Virus record (IMG/VR): IMGVR_UViG_3300025372_000001
Source of the DNA: a virus
Lineage: Duplodnaviria; Caudoviricetes
Strand: one strand, 5' to 3'
DNA length: 64,000 bases
Made by a program: the position numbers and the translations under genes. The notes under the pieces are model-generated. The model made no database searches. It was not told where the DNA came from and worked only from the letters and a program-made list of their open reading frames with translations. This document shows positions 40,227 through 48,820 of this stretch, piece after piece; position 1 is the first letter of the stretch; each line of letters begins with the position of its first letter.

Positions 40227-40655
40227 ATGAAACCGATTTTTAAAAAGCAGAATAGTAAGTTTACTCCTTATTGGAATTATTCAATAGAGGAAGAATATAA
40301 AAATAGCATGAATCGAATTGAGAAACATTTATCTATTTCTCTAGAAGAACATATTCAGCGTGCTATAGACTTCGCGAAGTTATACTTCGTAACACCTAAT
40401 ATTGATCAAATTCGGGAAAATCAATCGAATCATTATCTAAGACAGCAACAACTATCGACTGCTTCTTTAGTGGAATATTATAATGCATTTTTATGCAACG
40501 TATGTAGTGTCACTGGTGAGAAAATTCCTTATGACACTGATTATTATATTCAAGTAATTCAAGAAGATGAAAATGATCCTGAATATCTGCTTTATTCTTT
40601 GGAAGGAATGAAAGTGATGCAAAATGAAATCGACGAAATTATTAATGCCTTATAA
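40227..40655 (+). CDS. Hypothetical protein (paralog of previous gene)
   Basis: CSVTGEKIPYDTDY. Confidence 0.75.
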   Translation: MKPIFKKQNSKFTPYWNYSIEEEYKNSMNRIEKHLSISLEEHIQRAIDFAKLYFVTPNIDQIRENQSNHYLRQQQLSTASLVEYYNAFLCNVCSVTGEKIPYDTDYYIQVIQEDENDPEYLLYSLEGMKVMQNEIDEIINAL

Positions 40656-40794
40656 AGAACTTATTAAAAGTTTTAAAGAAGGAAGAGAATTGCTGTATAA
40701 GTTACAAGGCCCGATTACTGATAAAATGATTGAGGATTTAGAGAATAGTCGAAAATATACATCAATTCCCTCTCGAAAGAAAACATAAAACCTC

Positions 40795-40823
40795 TTGACT
40801 TAACTCTACTTTTGAAGTAAACT
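40795..40823 (+). promoter_or_regulatory. sigma70-type promoter for DUF2828 gene
   Basis: TTGACT-17-TAAACT, ATG 10 nt later. Confidence 0.65.
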
Positions 40824-40833
40824 CCTGACTACT

Positions 40834-42552
40834 ATGTTCAATACAAAGAAAACCCAACTATTCGTTCCTCCTGCAAAGACTCCAAAATTTAAGTCTGTTG
40901 CAGAAATTACCTCATCTCCTTCAGCAAAAACTCCTTTGCCTATTTTTGTACAATCTGCTCAAAAGAAATCATTTGAAATTCTATCTGGCAACGGAGCCTT
41001 GAAGTACTCTTCAACTGGTAATGAAGGAGTAAATCAATTCGCTAAAGTAGGATCATATAAAAAGCCTCGGCCTTTTAACGAAATTGAAAAAGATTGTGAA
41101 CTTCTTTGGGCAGAAGACCCTCTTAATTCTGTTAAATTTATTCATTATCTTCGCACTATCACTCGAAAAGTTCAACTCATTGATGGTTCTGTAACTGCTG
41201 AACCTCAAAAGGGAGGAGAACTTAAACACGAAGCAATCATGCGTATGATTTGGCTTTTCACTAAAAGCCCCGACACCTTTTGGAAGAATATTGGCTGGTT
41301 TATTGCTCTTGGTTCTTGGCACGACATCTTTACCATGTTGCAATATGATCTGGTTTATAATGGATGGGAAAGTCGTGTTTTAGATTGGAACAAGATGGGA
41401 AACGTTATTCTGGTTGGTCTTGCTGATTCTCATACCTCTGAACTGGTTAAGAAGTACCTTCCACAAATTAAAGCTAGGTCTGATTGTAAGACGGTCGAAA
41501 GTCAAGCTAATACTACAATTGGAAAGTGGATTTGTTCTCTTCTGTTTGGTCCAAAGGAAACATCTTATAATTATAAGACTTATCGTAAACTTAAATCAGG
41601 CGGTACTGCCCATCAGTGGCAACAATTGATTTCTCAAAAGAAGTTTGATCAAATTGATTTTGGTGCAATTCATGGACGAGCATTACATCTACTTGTTCGT
41701 AGTAAGTTCCTTAAGAATCAGAATTTATCAGATAAGTTTGCTACATGGGTCAAGAAACCGGATACAGTAGTAAGATATACTGGTTTCGTTCATGAATTAT
41801 TCACTAATATTCCTACTGCATTATCTGGAATGGCAGCACATGTTCGGGATACCGTGAATAAACAATTTGATACTCTTGTTGCTAAGGGGAAAAGTGAAAC
41901 AAAAGAAGATTCTTGTACTTGGCTACCTGTGCTAGACACATCTGGCTCAATGGGAGCACAATGTACAGGAACTAATGCTTCTTGTTTAACTGTTGCTAAG
42001 TCACTGGCATTATATTTCTCAGAATTCTTGACTGGAAAGTTTATGAATTCATTTGTTGAATTTAATACAAAGGCAAAGATGCATACGTGGCAAGGTGCTA
42101 CTCCAATTGAAAAATGGTATAATAATCGTTGTTCTCATGTAGGAAGTACTAATTTCCAAAGTGTAATTGATTTGTACGTTGATTTAAAGAATCAAGGAAT
42201 TGAAGAAGCAGAGTTTCCTACAGGAATTTTAGCAATTTCCGATTCTGAATTTAATCCTACATCTTTAGGTAAAACTAATGTGGAAGTGGCAAGGGCCAAA
42301 CTTCGTCAAGCCGGTTTTTCTGATACTTTTGTAGATAAGTTCCAGATTGTTCTTTGGAATTTACAAAGTGGATATTATGGTGCAAGTACTGGGAAGAAGT
42401 TTGAAACTGGGGCAACCGAGAAAGGTACTTATTATTTTGGGGGTTTCAATGGTTCAGTTATTTCGTTCTTAACTAATCATGAAGTTAAGACACCTGCTCA
42501 ATTGTTCTTACAAGCATTAGATCAGCAAGTTTTAAATTATATTGAATTGTAA
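40834..42552 (+). CDS. DUF2828-type protein with C-terminal vWA domain (TROVE/Ro60-like architecture)
   Basis: Helical N-term (YSSTGN, GSWHD, KKYLP) plus MIDAS-like VLDTSGSM, STNFQSVID, ISDSEFN, IVLWNL. Confidence 0.75.
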   Translation: MFNTKKTQLFVPPAKTPKFKSVAEITSSPSAKTPLPIFVQSAQKKSFEILSGNGALKYSSTGNEGVNQFAKVGSYKKPRPFNEIEKDCELLWAEDPLNSVKFIHYLRTITRKVQLIDGSVTAEPQKGGELKHEAIMRMIWLFTKSPDTFWKNIGWFIALGSWHDIFTMLQYDLVYNGWESRVLDWNKMGNVILVGLADSHTSELVKKYLPQIKARSDCKTVESQANTTIGKWICSLLFGPKETSYNYKTYRKLKSGGTAHQWQQLISQKKFDQIDFGAIHGRALHLLVRSKFLKNQNLSDKFATWVKKPDTVVRYTGFVHELFTNIPTALSGMAAHVRDTVNKQFDTLVAKGKSETKEDSCTWLPVLDTSGSMGAQCTGTNASCLTVAKSLALYFSEFLTGKFMNSFVEFNTKAKMHTWQGATPIEKWYNNRCSHVGSTNFQSVIDLYVDLKNQGIEEAEFPTGILAISDSEFNPTSLGKTNVEVARAKLRQAGFSDTFVDKFQIVLWNLQSGYYGASTGKKFETGATEKGTYYFGGFNGSVISFLTNHEVKTPAQLFLQALDQQVLNYIEL

Positions 42553-42567
42553 TAAGTTAAAGTTTAA

Positions 42568-42594
42568 ACTTTCCTACGAGGTACGTAGGAAAGT
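42568..42594. other. Perfect 11-bp hairpin between the DUF2828 gene and the RNA-array promoter
   Basis: ACTTTCCTACG-AGGTA-CGTAGGAAAGT; no U-tract on + strand. Confidence 0.6.
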
Positions 42595-42605
42595 GAAGAA
42601 AAGAG

Positions 42606-42634
42606 TTGACAATGATAGTATGATGGGTTAAGTT
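42606..42634 (+). promoter_or_regulatory. sigma70-type promoter for ncRNA array
   Basis: TTGACA-17-TAAGTT. Confidence 0.75.
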
Positions 42635-42640
42635 AGTATC

Positions 42641-43056
42641 AAGACAAGAGTTCTTACAGCAAATTATAAATTCTGCTTTATAGAAAACAAAAGAACTCTG
42701 AAAAAGAGACGCACAGCAAACCAATTTACCTTTGTATTCGGCACAAACAAGTAAACGTCTCTTGAACAAGAAATCAAACTGCAAAACAAAAATTTATTGG
42801 CAAAATAAAACAAACGATTTCTGATAAGAAGACAGTCCCGCAAATATAACAAAAAATCTATGTTCAAACAGAACCGAGAGCGTTCGATTCGCTCAACTTT
42901 ATAACTTGGTGTTTGGTAAAGGTCAAAAAGTTAGTCTTCTGAAAAGGTTTTATACTGCAAATTAAAAAGCATTTCAAGCCGTTGGTCGAAGGTTCAAGTC
43001 CTTCCTCTCTATTTTAGAGAGTAGCTCAGTTGGTAGAGCAACGTAAACAAAACCTG
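42641..43056 (+). ncRNA. Array of five tandem Y-RNA-like cassettes
   Basis: Five units, each a 7-bp closing stem followed by C(A/T/C)GCAAA: 42647-42699, 42705-42762, 42769-42822, 42827-42940, 42945-43055. Confidence 0.7.
42978..43043 (+). ncRNA. Circularly permuted tRNA-like module (YrlA-like) inside cassette 5
   Basis: T arm GAAGG-TTCAAGT-CCTTC, acceptor hairpin CTCTCTA-TTT-TAGAGAG, D arm GCTC-AGTTGGTA-GAGC, flanked by CGT/ACG. Confidence 0.8.
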
Positions 43057-43064
43057 TTAAAACG

Positions 43065-43094
43065 AAAACCGACAAGTAAAGTTGTCGGTTTTTT
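43065..43094 (+). terminator. Intrinsic terminator ending the ncRNA array
   Basis: AAAACCGACAA-GTAAAG-TTGTCGGTTTTTT. Confidence 0.9.
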
Positions 43095-43167
43095 GTTGTC
43101 GAAAAAGTGGAAACAGGATGACGAAAGTGTTACAGTATCAGTCACCTGTGACTAAATAAACAAACAG

Positions 43168-45417
43168 ATGACGAATAACTCTAATATGGAAATACTTGTT
43201 AAAAAAAGGGACGGAAGAACAGAAAAATTTGATGCGGAGAAAGCTAATAGGATTATTAAATGGGCATGTGAAGGAGTGCGAGATGTCGAAGAAGATACCA
43301 TTGGTTTAGCATTTCATACTAATATCAAAAATGGTATTTCTACTAAACAAATTCATAGAGGCTTAATCGAAGCAACTGTTTCTTTAATTACAGAGAATAC
43401 TCCTAATTATGAAATTGTTGCTGCAAATCTTCTTAATTATGAATTGAGAAAACATGTATGGGGAGGAACAGAACCCCCTAACTTTCTGACATTTATTAAA
43501 AATAATGTTAAACATAAAAGATATACTGATGAAATTTTAGAATGGTTTTCTGAAAAAGAAATCAACGATTTTGGAGAATATATTGATCATGATAGAGATT
43601 TTCTATTCAAATATTCAGGATTATCACAAGTTATTGACAAATATCTCGTTAAGAATGTAATTGATAAAACTGTATTCGAGACTCCTAATTTTGCTTATAT
43701 GCTTATTGCAATGACTCTCTTTCATAAAGAGAAAGAGATGATTAAAGAAGCATATGATGCATTTTCGACACATAAAATTTCTCTGCCTACACCTGTTTTT
43801 GCAGGTGTTAGAACTAATTTAAAATCATTTGCAAGTTGTTGTCTGTTAGATGTAGGAGATAGTATTCCTGAGATTACAACTGCATTTGAAGTGATTGCGA
43901 AAGCCACGGCTAAAAGATATGGGATTGGCGTTAACATGACTAAAATGCGGCCCATTGGTGCTCCAATTAAAGGAGGAGAGAATGCTCATACTGGTAAAGT
44001 AGGATTTCTTAGAATTATTCAAGATACTATCAAAGCATGGCTTCAAAGTTCAACCCGCTCAGGCGCAGCAACAGTGAATCTACCTATTTGGGATTATGAA
44101 ATCGAAGAAATCGTTCAATTAAAAGACCCCATGCGTCCCCCTGAAAATCGGGTAGGAGACATTGATTATTGTGTTGCATTCAGTAAAATATTCTATGATC
44201 GATATAAAAATAATGGAGTAATTACCTTATTTAACCCTCATGAGGTTCCCGAATTAGAACAAACGTATGGTTTACCTGAATTCGATGAACTTTATATCCG
44301 AGCAGAGAATAATCCTAAAATTAAAATGAAAAAAACGGTAAAGGCTCGCGAGTTTTTCACTTTATTTAATAAGTTTCGTGTTGAAACTGGTAGATTATAC
44401 ATTCTTAATATTGATCATGCCAATACTCATAGCTCTTTCTTGGAAAGAGTAGGAATGGGAAATCTTTGCCTTGAGGTTACTCACCCGACAGTTCCCATGC
44501 AACACCTGAACGATCCAGAAGGATTGATGGGTATTTGTATTCTCTGTGCAGTCAATCCTATTAATATTAAGACAGACGAAGAATTATATAATATTTGTAA
44601 GATTTCAGTTAAAATGTTAGATCATTTAATTGATTATCAAGATTATTTTTGTGAACCGGCTGAACGATTTGCTACAAAATATCGCTCATTAGGAATAGGT
44701 ATTACTAACTTTGCTGCATGGCTAGCTAAAAAAGGTTTGAAATATTCTTCGGAAGAAGCAAGAGAAGAATCCCATACCTTCTTTGAAAAGTTTCAATTCT
44801 TTTTATTGAAGGCATCTAACGAATTAGCAAAAGAAAAAGGTAAATGTGAATATTTTGATAAAACCAAATATTCCAAGGGTATTTTACCGATTGACACTTA
44901 TGTAAAAGAAATCGATAATTTTATTCCTAATAATTTACAAATGGATTGGGAATGGTTGAGAAGAGGAATTAAAGAACACGGTTTACGACATTCCACCTTA
45001 ACGGCATATATGCCGTGTGAGGCCAGTAGTTTATGTACTAATTCAACCAATGGTATTGAGCGTCCTCGTTCTAAATTTTTGGTCAAGAGTAACAAAAGCA
45101 AAGATTTCCCTATTATTATTCCTAATCATAAACGTTGGAATTATGAATATGCTTTTGAAAAATCTGATAATACGGATCATCTTAAAATGATGGCGATTAT
45201 TCAGAAATTCTGTGATATGTCCATTTCAACTAATCTTTATTATAATTATTCTTTATATCCAGATGGTAAAATACCTGCTATTACTATTTTGAAGGATATG
45301 GCAAATGCTCATAAATGGGGTATTAAGACGATTTATTATACTAATTCAGACGATGGCAACCAACATAATCTTTCTGATGTGTCTAGTAGTTGCAGTAGTG
45401 GTGCTTGCGCAATTTAA
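43168..45417 (+). CDS. nrdA: Class Ia ribonucleotide reductase alpha subunit with ATP cone
   Basis: VKKRDG ATP cone; SLPTP; FASCCL; NLCLEV; C-terminal CSSGACAI. Confidence 0.95.
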   Translation: MTNNSNMEILVKKRDGRTEKFDAEKANRIIKWACEGVRDVEEDTIGLAFHTNIKNGISTKQIHRGLIEATVSLITENTPNYEIVAANLLNYELRKHVWGGTEPPNFLTFIKNNVKHKRYTDEILEWFSEKEINDFGEYIDHDRDFLFKYSGLSQVIDKYLVKNVIDKTVFETPNFAYMLIAMTLFHKEKEMIKEAYDAFSTHKISLPTPVFAGVRTNLKSFASCCLLDVGDSIPEITTAFEVIAKATAKRYGIGVNMTKMRPIGAPIKGGENAHTGKVGFLRIIQDTIKAWLQSSTRSGAATVNLPIWDYEIEEIVQLKDPMRPPENRVGDIDYCVAFSKIFYDRYKNNGVITLFNPHEVPELEQTYGLPEFDELYIRAENNPKIKMKKTVKAREFFTLFNKFRVETGRLYILNIDHANTHSSFLERVGMGNLCLEVTHPTVPMQHLNDPEGLMGICILCAVNPINIKTDEELYNICKISVKMLDHLIDYQDYFCEPAERFATKYRSLGIGITNFAAWLAKKGLKYSSEEAREESHTFFEKFQFFLLKASNELAKEKGKCEYFDKTKYSKGILPIDTYVKEIDNFIPNNLQMDWEWLRRGIKEHGLRHSTLTAYMPCEASSLCTNSTNGIERPRSKFLVKSNKSKDFPIIIPNHKRWNYEYAFEKSDNTDHLKMMAIIQKFCDMSISTNLYYNYSLYPDGKIPAITILKDMANAHKWGIKTIYYTNSDDGNQHNLSDVSSSCSSGACAI

Positions 45418-45422
45418 TTCAT

Positions 45423-46505
45423 ATGACAACCATATTTAATTTTAAACCTCGTAAAAACAATATTCTTTTCTTAGGTGATCCTCTAGGAATTCAAAGATAC
45501 GATAATCCAAAATATCCTATTTTTGCTGATCTTGCTCGCAAACAATTACAGTTCTTATGGATGCCAGAGCGAATTTCTTTAATTGAAGATAAAGCCAAGT
45601 ATAGAGCATTATCTGAAACCGAAAGATTTATTTTTGATACTAACTTAAGAGTTCAAACTCTCATTGATTCATTACTAATGAGAGGGTTAGATGTATTGAA
45701 GCAAAATGTAACTAATGAAGAATTAGAGAATTCATTATCAGTGCATTCAATGGTTGAAACATCTATCCATAGTTTCTCTTATACTCATATCCTTAAATCT
45801 CTTATGGAAAAGAATATGACTCAATTCTTCGATTCTATTTTAGAAGATGAAAATATTACTAAACGTGCTCAAACTATTGTTGAGGCATATGATAAATTAT
45901 TCGATCCCAATGCTGATGATATTAAAGAGATTATTTTGAATACTATTATTCAGAATTATATTACGGAAGGGGTACTATTCTATACCAGTTTTGTAACTAG
46001 TTTCTATTTCGGTTCAAAGTTTGGATTTAAGGCGGCAGATGTAGTTAAGGAAATTGCTCGTGATGAAAACTTACACGTAGCTAATTTTCAAAACATGTTC
46101 ACTATTCTTAAGAAGAATGAGGATGAAGGTTTTTCGCATTTGATTAATTGTCCTGAATTTGAGAAAAAGGTATATGCGGCATTTACTCATGCAGTTCAAT
46201 CCGAAAAAGAATGGTCGTCGTATATTTTTTCTAAGGGAGATATGATTGGATTGAATGCAGAAATTCTAGATGCATATATTGAATGGATTGCAAACAATCG
46301 ACTTCAATCTATAGGATATAGAAAGATTTTTGAAACTAAGCGTAACCCTTTAGGATCATGGATCAATCCTTATTTCGGAATTGATGGAGATGGTAACGAA
46401 GTTAAAACACAAGTTGCCCCCCAAGAATCAAATACCATTACTAGTTATAAACTTAACTCCATTAATCATGAAATAAGTGATGCCGACTTGTCTGATATTT
46501 TTTAG
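45423..46505 (+). CDS. nrdB: Class Ia ribonucleotide reductase beta subunit
   Basis: WMPERI, VETSIHSFSY, TEGVLFY.SF, IARDENLH. Confidence 0.95.
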   Translation: MTTIFNFKPRKNNILFLGDPLGIQRYDNPKYPIFADLARKQLQFLWMPERISLIEDKAKYRALSETERFIFDTNLRVQTLIDSLLMRGLDVLKQNVTNEELENSLSVHSMVETSIHSFSYTHILKSLMEKNMTQFFDSILEDENITKRAQTIVEAYDKLFDPNADDIKEIILNTIIQNYITEGVLFYTSFVTSFYFGSKFGFKAADVVKEIARDENLHVANFQNMFTILKKNEDEGFSHLINCPEFEKKVYAAFTHAVQSEKEWSSYIFSKGDMIGLNAEILDAYIEWIANNRLQSIGYRKIFETKRNPLGSWINPYFGIDGDGNEVKTQVAPQESNTITSYKLNSINHEISDADLSDIF

Positions 46506-46517
46506 TAAGTAATTATT

Positions 46518-46775
46518 ATGGCTATCTTCGATTCTCTTCTTGCTCTTATCCAATTAGGAATTCAATATCTTAAATTGAAGAATCAAACCGTTTTCTTTGA
46601 TCTTTGTGATAGTTTTGAATCTCAATTAGATAAATTGTCAGCAAGAAGAGAATCCTTAAGAAAAGAAACTTCTTCGGAAGCACAACAAAAAGCAGATGAT
46701 ATTATGGACCAAATTTTAGAAATTCAAAAAAGAAAGAAACTCTTTCTAGCCGATTGGAAAAATAATAAATTATGA
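46518..46775 (+). CDS. Small protein with N-terminal hydrophobic helix and coiled coil (possible i-spanin)
   Basis: 85 aa; overlaps next gene. Confidence 0.5.
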   Translation: MAIFDSLLALIQLGIQYLKLKNQTVFFDLCDSFESQLDKLSARRESLRKETSSEAQQKADDIMDQILEIQKRKKLFLADWKNNKL

Positions 46776-46999
46776 ATAAAACTATTTTAACTCTTTTATT
46801 AATCTGGAATGTTTGTGTGTTTTCCTCTTGTGAAAACCATAAAGCAGTTCAAAATATTTATCAACCCAAAGTTCTAATTCTGAAACCTAATTCTATTATT
46901 GAAACCAAAGAAGGTGTTTATTCTTCTTCGGATAAAGAAGAAATTTGGTATAGCCGAGAATCAATTTCTAAGCTGGAAAAACAACTTTCTCAGTTTTAG
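46772..46999 (+). CDS. Small lipoprotein (possible o-spanin)
   Basis: Signal peptide with lipobox-like FSSC. Confidence 0.55.
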   Translation: MNKTILTLLLIWNVCVFSSCENHKAVQNIYQPKVLILKPNSIIETKEGVYSSSDKEEIWYSRESISKLEKQLSQF

Positions 47000-47001
47000 G
47001 T

Positions 47002-47030
47002 TTGACAAAGGAGGGAAGATGGGTTAAGGT
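47002..47030 (+). promoter_or_regulatory. sigma70-type promoter, leaderless
   Basis: TTGACA-17-TAAGGT, ATG 5 nt later. Confidence 0.65.
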
Positions 47031-47035
47031 GACGC

Positions 47036-47392
47036 ATGCACCCCATCTTAATTATTCCCCTGATTCTTTTAATTGTTTGTATTTTTGCTGCCTATTATTA
47101 TAATATGGTAGATCGTAACGAATCGGTAGGTGGTATATTTTTAATCATAGTGCTAAGTATGATAGCAGTAACAAATAACTATATTATTAAACAGTGGCCT
47201 GTTGAATATACTACGGAATCAATTACTTCTAAAATTTTTGTTCATACAAAATATGGTGAATTTGAGTCGGATAAGAAAATTGATTATGATAATTGGTCGA
47301 AGAATCTCCCTGGTTACATTATTCAAAATTGTAATGCATTTGGTAAGGTAAACAACTCTTATTTCACCACTGAACCTGTTGTTGAAAAATGA
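47036..47392 (+). CDS. Membrane protein
   Basis: Two hydrophobic segments. Confidence 0.7.
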   Translation: MHPILIIPLILLIVCIFAAYYYNMVDRNESVGGIFLIIVLSMIAVTNNYIIKQWPVEYTTESITSKIFVHTKYGEFESDKKIDYDNWSKNLPGYIIQNCNAFGKVNNSYFTTEPVVEK

Positions 47393-47739
47393 TTCGATCA
47401 TATCACTCTCCTGAACGTATTAAAAAGATTTGTCGCCAATTAATACTTCAAAAAGTTTATTCTGAATACGGAACAATGATTTCGTGGTATAACCATCCTG
47501 ATAGAATCAAAAATATTTTTGTTCATTTTAATGATGATGGCACTATTTCCGGTGCATTTGTGATTCTTCATAAAAGAGATATTTTCGAAGGTTATAATTG
47601 TGGAACATTTGTTAAACCTGATTTTCGAAGAGCCGGAATTGGACGGAAATTAATCGAAAGAGCCAAGCAATTAAACCTTGACATTTATCCTTGGAAGGGC
47701 AATTATACTGCCAGAAGTTTTTATCAAAAAGTAATTTAA
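47389..47739 (+). CDS. GNAT-family acetyltransferase
   Basis: FVKPDFRRAGIGRKLI. Confidence 0.8.
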   Translation: MIRSYHSPERIKKICRQLILQKVYSEYGTMISWYNHPDRIKNIFVHFNDDGTISGAFVILHKRDIFEGYNCGTFVKPDFRRAGIGRKLIERAKQLNLDIYPWKGNYTARSFYQKVI

Positions 47740-47742
47740 TTT

Positions 47743-48456
47743 ATGAATAAATTTATCATTTCCTTGGATTATAACCAAGATCGTCCCTATTATATTCAAT
47801 TCAATTTTGAATCAAAAACGTGGAACGAAATTTACAATCCTTTCGCTGCCACTCTCTTTAAAACTGAACAAGAAGCCTTAGAAACTATTAAGAAATATGC
47901 TGATGTTTCGGATTATGTGAAAATTGTTGTATCACAAGATGCATTTGATGATTGGCAAGAATGGGTTCTTACTGGCGGAGTTCGCCGGACTTTTACTTTT
48001 ACAGAAGATAATATCTATAATTCGACTAAACACTCTAAGCAAGACGTTCTTGATTTTTGGCTCACCCGACATTTGACCAATGTTAAGTATGATCATTATA
48101 AAACTTGGCCGCAATTATGGCAAACCTTTAAACACTTACATGGTGTTGGAAGGTATCAAGGAAACGGAAATGATAAATCTTTTTATATTTCTATGGAAAT
48201 GAAGGTTCGTAGCAATTCTAATATTAATGCATTTAAAACCGAATTAGATTTGGTTAAAGACCGTTGTGATTGGGAAGAGGATGGCTACAAGAAGTTTTAT
48301 ATATTTGATCATGAATTAAGTGAATTTACTAATTATTATTTTCTGTATAAGAATGATGATGATTGTAAAATTATTACTACTTTTTCTACTAAATGTGAAG
48401 GAAATCTAGAAAAAGTCTTTGACTATTGGAAGAAAGAGCGTTATTATGAAGTGTAA
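47743..48456 (+). CDS. Hypothetical protein
   Basis: 237 aa. Confidence 0.8.
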   Translation: MNKFIISLDYNQDRPYYIQFNFESKTWNEIYNPFAATLFKTEQEALETIKKYADVSDYVKIVVSQDAFDDWQEWVLTGGVRRTFTFTEDNIYNSTKHSKQDVLDFWLTRHLTNVKYDHYKTWPQLWQTFKHLHGVGRYQGNGNDKSFYISMEMKVRSNSNINAFKTELDLVKDRCDWEEDGYKKFYIFDHELSEFTNYYFLYKNDDDCKIITTFSTKCEGNLEKVFDYWKKERYYEV

Positions 48457-48480
48457 TTTAACCATAGAATAATCAATAAA

Positions 48481-48819
48481 ATGTACTCCAAAGGCGATAA
48501 GCTCTGTTGTTTGGATGATAAATTTCATCCAGAAATTTCTTACTTGTATAAGAATCTTCCTGTTAAAAATCAAGTATACGTTTGTAGGGATTGTACTCTA
48601 GGTACAACTAATGTAGGAGCGGCAGATCAAAATCCCACCTTCCTTGTTTTATTGGAAGAATTGATTAACGACATTGATCCTCATACAGTAATGTCTTCTT
48701 GTCCGCAAGAACTAGGTTTTCGTTCAGATAGATTTGCTCCTGTTGAAGAAATTTCCGAAGAAGAGGAAGATGCTGTTTTAATTGGAGTAGGAACAGAAAA
48801 TAAACCTCATTGGTTATAA
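48481..48819 (+). CDS. Hypothetical protein
   Basis: 112 aa. Confidence 0.75.
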   Translation: MYSKGDKLCCLDDKFHPEISYLYKNLPVKNQVYVCRDCTLGTTNVGAADQNPTFLVLLEELINDIDPHTVMSSCPQELGFRSDRFAPVEEISEEEEDAVLIGVGTENKPHWL

Positions 48820-48820
48820 T

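Noticed and set aside
42557-42867. Minus-strand ORFs 42557-42784 and 42664-42867
   Set aside because: Low-complexity F/L-rich shadow translations antisense to the promoter/terminator-bounded array
42978-43043. Ordinary tRNA gene
   Set aside because: Halves are in reversed order, there is no CCA, and only 3 bp of anticodon stem form
42641-43056. CRISPR mini-array
   Set aside because: Units share only a 7-nt motif, their stems differ in sequence, interiors range from about 30 to 90 nt, and no cas genes are present
43100-43152. NrdR box or regulatory hairpin upstream of nrdA (CAGG.TGAC/GTCACCTG)
   Set aside because: No NrdR-box match; short imperfect hairpin without support
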